A stretch of DNA of 57,371 bases from Perkinsus chesapeaki ATCC PRA-425 (GCA_013115145.1 JAAPAO010000177.1:1-57371); one strand, 5' to 3'. Shown: positions 12,385 through 24,971, counted from the first letter of the stretch. Numbers and translations: made by a program. Notes: a model not told the origin generated them from the sequence alone.

Positions 12385-14913
12385 CTACTTAATTACTGTA
12401 CTGCGGAGACCAACAAGAGTTCGCTGTGAGCGAGTTCGACGGGCTATCGGTGTGGCCTCGGCAATTGCGGTAACTGCTTGAGCTCTTGTGGAGCGGGTTG
12501 GCCTCTTCCTCGGCGGTGACTGGCCTTCTGGAATGAATTTCTGCAAGATAAACGACTTCTACGGAATTTTCGACACTTCTTACTGCGGGCAAATTCTGCC
12601 GTTGTGAAGTGCCCCGTGGACGAGCACGCTTCTGAACGGGAAGTCTAGAGCAGTCTTTTGAGTAGCCCACCTTCGGCTCCGGAGATGATCGCTTCGTTGT
12701 TGCTGGTGGCTGCTGCTGCTGCCTTGTTGTTCTGGTTGTACGAGCTGTACCAGTGGCCCACGGCTGAGCTCTAGTTGAAGCCCTAGTTGCAGTTGTCCGG
12801 GAGGCTGTGCCACCTGGGGCCCGTCCTGGCACAGGTAAAACTATCACGGGTATTTTCCCACGGCGGTAGTGGATGATATATGGCAAGTAAATCGCTAAGA
12901 ATCAGTACAACAATCCATCAGATGCCATCCATATAAAGAATCAGATACAATCATTTTGGACAAGCCCCCGAGGAGGAACGTGGTTTGAAAATAGGTAATA
13001 ACATCTTAGTAAGGTACTCTTCTATCTATCAGGTTCTAACTCGCCTTTTCAATCATCATACCGTGCATTATAATAAAACACACTACAGCTGCTTCATTAT
13101 AAGGTACACAGTCGAAGCCATGACAAGAACACAGGCTACCCGCTTACTGGCCGCCCCCGCCGACGCTGTTGTTGCTTGAATTCTGCCTGCTGTTGCAGCT
13201 TTTCTGGGAGCTTCCTGTGGTGGCTGAGCCACTGTAGTGTCCAGTGAGCTGCGGCCATCAGTCAGGAGGCTCTCCCCAAATGCTATGGAATCCAACACTA
13301 ACCAATACGTGTACGGCATGACGAGGAGAATGGCTCACGCGAGCTGCTGTTGAGTGGAACTGCGTTGGTGATCCGTGTGCTGACTTCTGGATCTGGCTGG
13401 GAACCGAGAGACCCTTTGGCGCCGCCTTCCCGAAGGCTTTCTATTTCCTGTTGCAACTTGCCTATACGTAGCTCTGAACAGGAGAAGTACTGTAACGCTC
13501 TATATTATAAATGATAACTGTTAACAATTTTGGTTGAGTGCGTGATGATAGTGTAGTCCTAATAATGACTCCCAGCAAAAATAAGAGAAATGGAGCTACA
13601 TGGTCGATTGCCCACCTGCATCAGACAACTTCTGTTGTAGAACAGCTCTCTCCTTCCTGCCTTCCTCAACCTCCTTAACACTCCTCTCAAGTTCCTCTCG
13701 TAATTTAATTGCCTCATTACGTGCCTGCCCCGAGAATCGAACCTGCGACCTTCGACTCATCATCTTACAGCAGCCAGTTGCTTCTCCATTTTTGACCTCT
13801 CCTTCAGCGTCTCCTGCCGGCGCTCCTCCAACAATTTCTGAAACTGACAGGGCCACCGTTTCTACTATTAATCCAACTCGGATGACCTCCTTAGTGCTTT
13901 CTTCATTTTCCTGTTTGACCTTCGCCAGCCTGGCCTGTCACCACCAGCGCTACCTCCCAACCCCCCCTTCCACGGTGACTCACTGTAAGAGCACGGCGCT
14001 GCGTTTCATACTGTGACGTTGCAGCCTCTAGCTTTTTGCTCGCTTCCTTTTTCTCATCTTCTCGAGACTTCCTCTCCTCCTCCAGCTGAAACTCCTTGTA
14101 AAAAAATCGACGAAATTTCCGTTTTTCGTTTTTTCCACTTTACTTTCCGCTGCGACGTTGTAATACCAAACACAAACGACGTGAACAAAGGTGATGAGTT
14201 AATGTAAAATAACATGCCTATGGGATAGGGATCGAAGCTATGTCGATTGTTAGCGTAGCAGGTAGTAAGATACGGCATGTGCTGCTGGGGCTGTAGATTA
14301 GATGTTAATCGACAGATGACGTTCTCTAGGCCTGCGGCGAAGTCCCTTTGTTTGGAGGGGGTCTCCTCGCCAGAGGTTTATCTACCCTCACGGGAATGCG
14401 TTCCTCGAGTTGAAGAGTGTCCCTTATGCGAGAATGTGAAAGTTTTTGAGACTCTCAAAAACTTACACTCAAATTGAGAGCTTGCCTGTTACGTAATTAA
14501 AAAAACATCAGATCGATTGCTACCCTGAAGCTCCAATGTTCCGGTATGGCTCTCTACTCTCCGCGCCTCGCCAACCCCCCAAAAGACTACTTTTTTCTTT
14601 GCTTCATCCGCAACTTTCGTAGCAGCTTCCAAACGGCGTTCAGCATCCCGAGATGTCGAATAGACCAGCGGGGCAAGGATGCGTATTCTAAAGCCGAGGC
14701 TATCAATCTCGCAGAGGATCTATCCCCGGTAGTACTTCTTTTTAAATGAATCCCTCAGTGCATGAGCCGCCTCCTGCTGCACTGCTGCCGCCTGTTGGAA
14801 TGCCTTCAACACACCCCTCTGGTCTGACACAAATGCACACTAATGGCATGTCGGACTTCACAGAGACAATTACTGTCGGCCAGTTTAGTGTTGGTTGAAG
14901 GAAGAGCGGCCAT
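12385..14913 (-). CDS. Hypothetical coiled-coil protein with low-complexity, basic C-terminal tail, multi-exon
   Basis: Minus-strand exons give MAALPSTNTKLAD..., EFQLEEERKSREDEKKEASKKLEAA, KLLEERRQETLKERSKMEKQLAA, ARNEAIKLREELERSVKEVEE, then a Thr/Arg/Ala-rich tail ending ...PIARRTRSQRTLVGLRSTVIK*. The junctions checked join in phase; exons between 14.1 and 14.6 kb are not fully resolved. Confidence 0.7.
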
Positions 14914-16080
14914 GTTGAGCGGATAAATGAAATGAGGAAAGTCTATTTTTCGGAATATCCATCCCAAATATCTTCATCTATTTTGTTCCTACATCCTCAA
15001 AAAAATCAACACGATTTCCCGAGATTCTACAGTACAGATATTAGCCAAAAAAGTATCCCGCGTTTTTCCATGCATTCTAGGGTACACCATTGATGCTGAT
15101 GATGATAGCTGACGGGGGGATAACGCGGTAATCACGTACCATAACAACACAAGTACAAATCATGCAAAGATCAATATCTCGTCATGGTGGCCTAGAGCAA
15201 GTGCCAATATGTATACATACTAAAGACTACATAACCTACCAAGGAAACGAGCTTTCCAACATTTTCCAGGAAAATTTTTCCTGGCCCAGTGCCTCCCCCA
15301 CTCCACAATTTGATAAATATACCGATAACGACGATTGAGCAATAAACTGTTCCATAAGAATTCCCAATTACTGTATATAGCGTCTTCTCCTTTCTAATAC
15401 AAGCAAGTTAGGGGACCCCTTGTAGCAGAAGATGTGAATAATTGACTGCAACTGAACTCTACGATACCTTCAGTGTATTGAATGACAGCTGTGATGTTGC
15501 AGTGGCATGGTAAATGGTAAGGACGACAATAAATTACAAGTCTACCAGACTGGTGGGTGATAGTATCGACGGCCGGATGCACTTAGTCTCAGACTGCTGC
15601 TCACGACAGAGGAACGTGAACCGATGTTACTGGCGGAATGATGGCTAACAAAAGCAGAATATAGTGACTGCTGATGCATACAGTTTCCCACGAGATCACC
15701 CAGTGTATTTCAATGTGGATGTCAGAAAAATGGGGAAAATTCCGCTCGCTTTTTCAAGCGGTTCGGTGAGCTTTTGGCGAGGGAATTTCAAGGATCAAGC
15801 ATGTTGGAGACAGAGTAATTGTGCAACATTATTTTCAACGATATGCGACTACCAAATAAAAAAAATATCTTCCTATCGAGGAAGAACATATGTGGAGTGA
15901 GTGTCGAAATCCATGCTTTTCTTCATTCCATGCCTGGTGAGTTGATTCATAACCGACCCATTGACCACATAAAAATAGATTACGAGAAGCATTAACAAAA
16001 TAATCCTTTTCCCGATTTTTCAATAAGCATTGACTTTTTCATATCCCATAAGGATAAAATATTTGCGGCAGTTTGAGATG

Positions 16081-17017
16081 TCATTCCCTTTTATGCTTAC
16101 GGATAAACTTCAGATACCCCCGCGGGGTAGTCGAGGCATGAGGACGTCACCGATCGGACCACAGACACACAATCATCATCTAAGCAGCTCTTCACATCAC
16201 TCCTAAAAGTATCTTTACTGCACGGTAGATCTGTTTGGTCTCACTGTTGAGTAGATGACGCTCTTGCGTGGCTGCCAGTTTTCGAAGTTGTTTGCCCTCC
16301 CAGAAGACTGCTGGCGGAGCGCTGTAACACTCCGCTGCATTTATCAACGGGGAGAGATGTAGCCGATCTGCTGGGAACTCACGTTCGTAGTATAAAAATT
16401 CCTACTTAGTCGAGGTGAGGGTCCTCTGTGGGAGATCGAACGAGCAAGTAGTTTCGGACGGCTGTCTTTGCCGTAAACCTGGGAGGACTTGGCGCCTAAA
16501 GTCCGCCCGATTCTGTCCCCGTCTGGTGGGATAGTAGCAACTGAAACGTTCCATACTTCCCAGAACATTCGCGTTAAAGCCACCTCATCATTCTTTCTTC
16601 ACTCCTTTCGAGACTGCCTAGATTGCTCGGCAGACAACCGTCCTGGGAAGCCCAGCCGGGCGTTGTACCGAACTCTCGCGCGCTCCTGAGGGGAAATATA
16701 ATGCGCAAGGTAGAAGGATGCATTAACTAACCGTAATGAGTTGATGGTTTATGTTACAAAAGTAAATTTGCTTTAAGTGATCAACTCGGAATGAAAATCA
16801 AGCGAAGTTGCAAAAAACTACTTAGAAAAGAAAGTCCCAAAGAACGTGTAATTCGCCTACTAGATGAAACTATTATGCTGATGGTTGTATAGATGGTATT
16901 AAAAGATTCTTTTACCGACCTTCCTCGTGTCACAGTATCTAAATATGGTATCCTTCGTAGTGCGTATTTGAAATCTCGTGCTATTGCTTCTTTAAACGCT
17001 GCATCTGTTAAAGACAT
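16081..17017 (-). CDS. Hypothetical protein (~190 aa), multi-exon, divergent from the Myb/SANT gene
   Basis: Exons MSLTDAAFKEAIARDFKY..., ERARVRYNARLGFPG..., CYYPTRRGQNRADF..., SATSLPVDKCSG... and SDVKSCLDDD...KHKRE* join with consistent GT-AG phases. No recognisable domain; the 5' end is uncertain. Confidence 0.45.
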
Positions 17018-17482
17018 TTAAGAGGCAATTCTACACAGTGCGTAATGAGTATCTTTTATTAGCTTCAGACATAAGGCTACAGATTGACTTCAACCCCTGG
17101 GGTCAGTCCTATCATTGAATTGTTAAACCATCATTAGCTCATTACGGAAATTGAATCAGAAAGTTGGCTACAGGTTTCGACATCTGTTCGCCGGATCCAG
17201 TGGCGATTCAGGCCTATCATTGAGTCGAAGAACGACGTTAACATCATTTTCATCAATATTCATACATTAATATAGATTATAACAGCAAATCGATTGCCTT
17301 CATAGCGAGCACACAAATATCTGCACGCATGCGCAAGAATGGCGAAGGATCGATCCCGGGCAGGGAGTTTTTTCCGCCATTTTACTCTCGCTCGCCCATG
17401 TAATCGATTTCAAAGTGAATCTTGAGCACTCGATAACGTTACGATCACTGCTCCCCTTAGCGTCTTGAGTTTCCTCAAAACA

Positions 17483-18510
17483 ATGGCAGATCAGATCATT
17501 GTGGAAGACTCTGTTGCACCTATCGATCATGCTGTTATATCTGAGCTAGCTGCTACCCAACAGGGGGGCTACCCTCAAGGGTTGGCCAATCCTGTGACGC
17601 CTCAGTCGGCGAGGGGCATTAAAAGGAAGAGTGGTGTTAGTGGTGGAGAAAGAGGCACGCATGGTAACCACGAAAGCTGTTTTTCTCTGCCTTGAGCGTC
17701 TTAGAAATCTCACCAGCTCAAATTTCCCGCAGCCGTTTCACATTTTCTGTCGACGTATCTTGCACGGTCCCGCCTTGGATAGCCCTCAAGGAGATCGAAC
17801 ACTAGCTCATAGCTAAGAATTAAAAAACTCTGGACGCGGCAATGGGGGCAATGCGGAAGATTCTTTTGGAGAGGAGCCTTTTATGATCAGGTGGATTCAA
17901 ACCTAAGTCTCACTTTACAGAAAGTGAAAACGTTATGTTGGTCGAACTAATCATTCGGAACCGATCAGTCTTGAAGAGCAGGCGACCCGAGGCCCAAGGT
18001 AACAGTTATACCAAAGTCGATTGCTGAGTGTTGCCGATGCCAGTTGAGAGAGCTAATGCCTTCGATGAGTTCACGCGTGCACTTAACGAAATGAATCCTA
18101 GTTCGCCGAAGACAGTTCTGCAAGTCCGCAAGAAAATGGACAATTTGGTGTCGAGAGTTAAGAAGTTGATCGAAGAACACCGTGAAGTTGGTTACGTTAA
18201 AAATAAGATACCAGTGTATCTCATTAACCTCGCAAACGAGTTCATTCTCTGGAGCCCTCCGGGCGAAGAAGTCGCCAGCGGTCACATTGTCCCCTCTGGT
18301 GTACATGATGATTTCGCGAGCACTGCGTCTTCTGCCGCTGGCTTCTCCCACGCATTGCATGCCTCCTCGGGGCCGATACAGACTCGAGAGGGTATGTTAC
18401 GTAAGAGGAAGCTCGAGCTCGAGTGTGAGCTGCTATTGGAGCAAATTAAGAAGGTGAAGGCCGAGAACGAGTTCACAGAGGCGAGATTTGGTGGTGTTGG
18501 AGTGTTGTGA
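17483..18510 (+). CDS. Myb/SANT-like (trihelix, Myb_DNA-bind_5-type) DNA-binding protein with C-terminal coiled coil, 3 exons
   Basis: Spliced product contains KPKSHFTESENVMLVELIIRNRSVLKS...ERANAFDEFTRALNEMNPSSPKTVLQVRKKMDNLVSRVKK and a C-terminal MLRKRKLELECELLLEQIKKVKAE. Two phase-1 introns join in frame. Confidence 0.75.
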
Positions 18511-20265
18511 AGTGAAGCTGATGTGTAGAGTATTAAATAATATTATTATTGCATTTTCGAACGTTGGTAAACCTGTAGCACTTTTGATAGAAAAACTGTA
18601 TTGCGTTAAGCCACAGTGGGGGATATCTTAGGTAGATGCGTGCTTCAATGTATGGAGCTGCCCACTAAGAACGTACGAATTCCGGGTCGCTTGGCACGTG
18701 TTGGAGGACGAACAGAAGGGAGCGAATGGAGGGTGTATACCGTTCCCGATTTGCGAACTTGGAACCGTCCGACGAACTTCCGTAAAGTATGAAAACTGTT
18801 ATTCTGACACCTCTAGCTGCACTGTTTCAGGTTATAAGGACATCAATGGGCGTGCAGGTTAATGAGCGAGATTTTCCTCCTTTAACTTCGCCGAATGAGG
18901 CGATGATAAGCAGTGCGATAAAGAAGTAGGCCTTGTAGAGTATCTACTCGCTTTTGAGGCTTTGGATGTAATTTATGTGGAATCTTGAAAAGTGTGAAAA
19001 TGCCAAGTGCAGAAAACACGTAGCGGCTTGTCCTGGAATTTAAAGTGTTATGAAATATATGCTAGATGGATCTCCTCTTCAGATTAGAATACAGAGTTGA
19101 TGCGTTTGATGATCGGCTCGCTCTCCTCGAGAATGAGATCATCCCACCCACACAGGATAGTAGCATGCCACCAATGCCGTTTGTTAGCAGTGGTCGTGCT
19201 GGCATAATCAGCAAGGCCTCTATTCGAGGACACATTGTCAAATTCGCAAAGTCAGAATCTCCTTTACCAACACCATGATCACATTGCATAATAATAAGGT
19301 TGTTGTGTTGCAGCTTGTAGTAGCAATGCTTGAGTTATTCAGCTTGAACACACGTTGCCCGCTGCCTCAGCTGAATGCACTCTTTAATGCAAAGGGATGC
19401 GACAATCGATTCGGAAAAGCTTTCCTCAAGGATTGCCAACAGATGTAGCCGACAACAAGCGCATTATCCAACAGGTTTTGAAGGGGTCGTGGATGAAACT
19501 ATGGACCATGGCTTCGATTACTTGGTTCAACTCAAACACTACTCATTCGGCAGGATGTGTGAGCAAGCTCCAAGAGCACTAGAAATCATAAAGCTTCGCA
19601 AATAATAGACAATTAGTCAGCAAGGAAACGGTCACATACCGTGCAGCCAATCTAGTAATGTTGAAGTTCAACGACTACTGTGGTGAAGATAAAGTCTGAT
19701 AACGAACCACAGTGGTCAAAACCCCAACACTCACTTTATTAATGTAATCATACCTGCAGGTAACCCTTATCTCCAATCACATCCGTGACAGATTTACAAA
19801 TCGATCAGATGGGCGAGCGCTAGTCAGATTTCTTCGGTGTAGACGTACTGCCGTTGTCACAGTCGTTACGTCATTGCGATATAAGTATAGAGGCTCATTA
19901 TGACGTACCTCCCGCTTTGGAAGCTTTGTTGTTTATTGCCTTCTGCTGATCGTATAATTTGAGCTTGTTTTAAACCACATTCGGAATAGTTCAAGATGGA
20001 GACGGTCAGTGGGGTTGGTGCTTCACGTTTGTGTCGAGTTGTCTTCGGCAATAGAATGCATCGTTTGGTGCGTATTATGTTTGGTTGATGAATAGCCTTA
20101 CTTTGTATATGAAGGTCTATGTGTAAAGGGGTTTGGAAAGCATTCTCAGGAGGAATCTTAGGTTGAAGGGCGTAAGATACAGAATAGGTCAATAGATATT
20201 CTCTTGTAGTGTCTTTGCTTTCTGCTGCTACATTCTTTTATCCTGCCTTCGCTACTCTCACGGGA

Positions 20266-20584
20266 ATGTCGGTTATCATCCGTATCGTATTCCTAACCCT
20301 TCTGATGGTGACCTCTATCTTTGCTGCTAAGGACGTTCCCAATGAGTTGGAGGAACTTGTCTCCTCTCTAAGAGCTAGGCAGGCGTCCAAGTACACTTCC
20401 AGACGTAACGGAAGCGCTGACGTTGTCAACAAGGGCGGTCGCTCTAGTGGTGCCAGCAAGAGCCAGGGCAATGTCAAGGATGGTAAGCCTTCTTCCCTTT
20501 TGTCTTCAACCTTCACGCTGTTGTTTAGGCCTATCGGAGATCCTAAGTGTATTGGACAGAGTGGTTGCAGGTCGCAGTGATTAA
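20266..20584 (+). CDS. Small secreted protein A (90 aa) of tandem array
   Basis: Exons 20266-20482 and 20529-20584, 46-nt phase-1 intron. Product MSVIIRIVFLTLLMVTSIFA-AKDVPNELEELVSSLRARQASKYTSRR...KD|GLSEILSVLDRVVAGRSD*. Confidence 0.85.
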
Positions 20585-21798
20585 CTAAAGCCTGTGTTGT
20601 TATTATTACTATTGGCTACGTGGCTATTATTCAAGGAGCATATGGAAGTTATCTTCTACTAACTTTTTGACTACTAATATCAACTATTGCTACCATCTGT
20701 TCTTATTATTCTGATACACGTTATTACTACCCCCAAATACCCCAGTGGTGATTGTCAAAGTCGCCGTGTCAGTGTTGAAGGCATTCTTCTCGATGTGTTG
20801 TTTGATATTTTTAACCATAAGGATGGTTTGAAATAGCGATTCATCATCGACAGTGGTTCACAAAAGAGAGTATTGTATAAGCTTTAATTCATTTGTCTAG
20901 GTTGTGAAGGCGGAGACGTTTATTGAGCTCATAGTAGTTCTGCGGTGATTGTGAGGATTTCTGGTACGTCTTTGTTAATACTGTCATTAGCAACGTCGTC
21001 GTCGACCTCCCCCTGTAATGTGTAAATCTCTTACTACTACTCCTACCACTAATACTACCGTTGCTGCTGCTGGTGTACTCGTCTTGTCTGCTGATCTTTG
21101 GCTTATTCTCCATTCTATTGCTGAGGGTCCAGAGTACTACTACATCATTCCAACTACTACAGTGTATGCTGATCATGATCATCATTATTATTATGACTTT
21201 TTTACCACTCCTTTAATAAAGTGCGATTTCCTAATGTGAAATTACAAAGAAAGCACTGAAGTAGCGGCCGTTCCAGTATCCACAAGTCTTCGACTTGGTC
21301 CCCATATAGTCACCATTGCTGCCGCCACCGCCGTGATCACGAAGGTTTGTTGTTCTTCTCGTAGTTGCTTTTATGGTTTGTTAGTATCCCTTTGTAGATG
21401 AAGAGTTCAAATGCTAACTCGAAGTAGGAAGTAGAAAACATGGTTTGTTAGTCTATGGCCATATGGCGACAGTATCAGGAAGAATATCTAACTTCACTTT
21501 GGGAATATAATCACAACATTGTTGTGTTTGGGTATTGGTGTTGTTTTTTATTATGCGTATTATTAACTTTCGTTTCGTTTTCCCGCATGGTCGTCTTGGG
21601 GTTGGCTGGAAATTAAGTGCTCTCCAAGAGTCCTAGAGTACCTCTTTTGGTGACTTAGGTTTAATTGGCAGATTCCAGGCTGAGCTAGATACCTTACGTT
21701 GACTGATAGAGTTAGATCCAAAATGGCTAAAATTAGACGTAATTTGTATCATGCACGCTTCAACTCAGGATATTTGCTCTCCATAATTGTCTTCTCTT

Positions 21799-22354
21799 AT
21801 GGCTTCTTTTGCTGTATTCCTTCGACGGCTGTCTCTACCTGTGATGTTCTTCGTTATGATGCTCACATCTGGTCAAGCCGTGTTGGATAGAAACACCGCA
21901 GCAGAGTCTCTAGGTTGTAACGAAAGTGTCGGTATCGAGCCGGTCACCACTACCACAAGCATCCCAGCGACCGCTGCAGTTAGAACCACCAGCGCCTCGC
22001 CTACGTCATATAATTTCTTATATTCAACTTCATCATCGCCGTATCGTGTAGCTGCTGAAGAATCGACAAGAACTTCTCAATGGAGTGATGAGTCTGCTTC
22101 TGTTGGAGTTGCCTCGGTGAGCATGCCGGAAGAGATTGAGGAGTTGGTGAATTCACTGCAAGCTAGGCAGGCAATGAAGTATTCCTCTTCGAGGCGTATT
22201 AGGGGAGACACTAGACCTGGACAAGAATCTACAGGTAACTATGCCGCTGAGGAGTACCGTATGTGTCTACGGTTATTGTTGTTCAGATATTTTTGACATT
22301 CTCAAGGTCATTGAGGCCCGTGAAGGTGTAGAAGGCCTCGGTGTGAAGAACTAA
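21799..22354 (+). CDS. Small secreted protein B with Ser/Thr-rich insertion, tandem array
   Basis: Exons 21799-22234 and 22287-22354, 52-nt phase-1 intron. Signal peptide, S/T-rich spacer, then PEEIEELVNSLQARQAMKYSSSRRIRGD...ST|DIFDILKVIEAREGVEGLGVKN*. Clearly homologous to A. Confidence 0.85.
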
Positions 22355-22379
22355 GATGAATCATGTGTGTTAAGAACGA

Positions 22380-23660
22380 GGGAAGTGCCTCTCGCGATAA
22401 ATCGCGACACAGTTTTTACCTCTCGCTCTTGGCAACCCCCTCAAGAACAACATTAACCTTTCTGTTACTCTCGTCGCCTTGGCAAGCGTCACTATCATTG
22501 TAGCCTTTGTGATGCAGCGGGTTTTCATTTTTTCTATCAGAAGTTTCAGTGCATAGCATTCCTGTATGGTTCCTTTTTGTCCATCTTCATTGTTGCACAA
22601 TTTGCTTCGTAGCAAGTTCAATCGAATTAGTAGAAAAAGATATCTGTACCAAATAAGTATAACCTTGTAATCTCTATCATTGGTCGTATACCGGAACTAG
22701 CTCACCAGTCGTGTCACCAGCGGAGGCGCAGGTTGTCTACTCGCACCAGCGCTCCTGTTCCTGACCGACAACGTGTGCTACATTTTGTTTTCGATGACCC
22801 TTATTGTAATCAGTTTTAATATCCACGGTTCAGTGGGTTAATAGTGCAGCATCATTGTTAATCACCTGATTGCTGATAGCTCTAACCCGTTCTAGTTTGC
22901 GATATGCTTCTTGAATAGGTTACGGTATTGAATGCGAACCTGCTACTAAAGGCCTTTGTAATGTTGGCGTTTGCTTGACGGCGAAGCTTCCGTTTAATTT
23001 CTGATAATCGTCGATCGCTGCTTCTAACTGTTTCTGCCTGCGTGTCGCCACCGTCGCCGCTATCATCATCAGTACGATTACTCTGTTGTTCTTGTTCTCA
23101 CGATAGATGTCTGTGCTTTGTAATGCGTACTGTGGTTGTTATCTTCCGCAGCTGTGATCGCCTTGCGCCCTGCCATTAGTGGGTTTCTCACTGATGGAGC
23201 GTCACGTTTTTAAGGCCCACATCGGTGAAACGACCTGATGACACGCTTTTGTTGCTGACTGAAAAAACTCTGTCGGCGACTGTGCTAAGATCAGCTTGCC
23301 ATCCTTACTTGTGAGGACCAGTTGCTGATGTTACTGCTTGATTGTTATTGCTGCACATACCATAGCTATAAGATCGTCGTCGTCGTAGTAGTAGTTTATT
23401 GCGTGCTGAGGTTTACGAGAAACTTGCTCGTCAACTACAGCAGCAGAAGAAATCTAGCGCTCAACTGTGATACGGTTCTCATGTTCTGTCTCACATAAGA
23501 GGATGTTATCATCCTTTCTGCGTATCAGTCTGCTGTCCTGATGAGTTTTATCTGTCCCTTGGCACTTGTTGACATCGTAGCCTCTACAATGGAAGCCCCT
23601 TGTGATGGGCTTTCCAGTGAGACCACGAGAATAACATACCTGTCGTTGTCGATGTGATCG
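22380..23660 (-). pseudogene. Degenerate coding-like relic (stop-interrupted, partly coiled-coil-like) between array genes B and C
   Basis: Minus-strand frames such as QLEAAIDDYQKLNG...IQEAYRKLERVRAISNQVINNDAALL are broken by stops. Family not recognised. Confidence 0.25.
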
Positions 23661-23984
23661 TGACCACCCATTTCATTCGTGGTTTCATTCATCACTATTT
23701 ACAGCATATTGTTGTGTTTCTTCTACCCTGCACGGCGCTCAATTTTCCCAGCCACGGTTTCCGTGGGTTTTCTTAAGGATTACTCCCTTATTAATATGTA
23801 TCTTTGTATCTTTGTATGTTTTTAAGATTTATCCCCACTTTGAATTGTTATTAGCGTATCTTGTACGAATGTGCGGCGTAGAATAGAGCCTCTACGTCAG
23901 CATGGCTTCTACGACACAGCTCAATTGTATATTAATTTATGTGCTCTATGTAGCTGATTTGGTCTCCTTCAATTCCCTATCTCG

Positions 23985-24224
23985 ATGAACATGTTCTTCC
24001 TGCTCGCGCTTCTCTTCTCAACAACCCAATCCATGATTTCCGCTGGTCCTGCCGGTGTCCTTGAGGTATACGAGAGCATGATGACTAACGTTGCGATGAG
24101 GAGAGACCTCAAGTTTGCCAAAGAAGCTGACAGTAAGGAGCGCAAAGGAAGGTTTGGGAAGTTGATTTCTTCAGATTATAGAAGAGTCCTTCGTGCCCTT
24201 GAAGTTCGTCCGAGTTGGCGCTGA
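23985..24224 (+). CDS. Small secreted protein C of tandem array
   Basis: Product MNMFFLLALLFSTTQSMISA-GPAGVLEVYESMMTNVAMRRDLKFAKEAD|NYRRVLRALEVRPSWR*. Putative 42-nt phase-1 intron 24133-24174 (GTAAGG...TTCAG), in frame and stop-free. Confidence 0.8.
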   Translation: MNMFFLLALLFSTTQSMISAGPAGVLEVYESMMTNVAMRRDLKFAKEADSKERKGRFGKLISSDYRRVLRALEVRPSWR

Positions 24225-24669
24225 TTATATTACGAACTCGGACGTCGGTGGATGATAGCATTCAAAAGCTATGCTGTTTCCGTTTGACTACTAATTTGTT
24301 ATTCGTAAAAACTATTAGAGACCTACTTGTAGTGATGACGACTGTTTCCTATAATATTGGTACAGATAAGAAGACATCGTTCGGAAGTGTTCCATCAGTC
24401 ACAGTCTTTTTGTAGTTTATTTCCTGTTCGTAAAGATCAGCTCAACTTTATATTAAAACGGTCGTCCAAGAGTCATATTAGTTGCTTTGTGCTTCTACCG
24501 TTTGTGGTTTGATGGTTGGAGAGCAAACATGCGCTCCAGCCCAGTGCTTATTGAGTATTGTAGGATCATCTCATTGATTGAGTTGAGTTGAGTAGTTCAC
24601 GATACGTCTTGTAAGTTCTGCGCTTTTGTCCCTCGACTTCTGGCTTGAACCGTCGTTATAGTCGGTATA

Positions 24670-24971
24670 ATGGCCTGCTTCCGTCGACTATTCCTCATCG
24701 TGGTTGTTGCTCTTTCTTCGACCGTAGCATCTGCTACTCCCTACAGAGGCAATCCTAGGTCGAATGGTTCTCCCACTATGAAGGGAGCTTCGGCAGCGGC
24801 CGCGCTTGATGTCGATAAGCTTATTTCATCTCTTGTTATTGAAAAAGCTTCCGTGAAGGGGGAGAGAAAATCTCCGAGTAAGCTAACTTTACATCTGGCT
24901 TGTATTTTTTCCTCTTAGGCTTGGATGAGGTGTTGAAGGCCATCGAGATCGGCAGTGGTGTTCGACGCTAA
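24670..24971 (+). CDS. Small secreted protein D of tandem array
   Basis: Exons 24670-24877 and 24919-24971, 41-nt phase-1 intron. Product MACFRRLFLIVVVALSSTVASA-TPY...LDVDKLISSLVIEKASVKGERKSP|SLDEVLKAIEIGSGVRR*. Confidence 0.85.

Noticed and set aside
15400-16000. Exon-like segments with GT-AG boundaries (e.g. MWMSEKWGKFRSLFQAVR|VIVQHYFQRY)
   Set aside because: In-frame stops and no recognisable homology. At most a decayed pseudogene.
18630-19605. Several coding-like short frames downstream of the Myb gene
   Set aside because: I could not assemble a consistent phase-joined model or recognise a domain.
21718-21729. CCAAAATGGCTA, the reverse complement of a 12-nt core of the dinoflagellate spliced leader
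   Set aside because: Only 12 nt match, the flanks differ, and it is antisense to the adjacent gene B. Compatible with chance.
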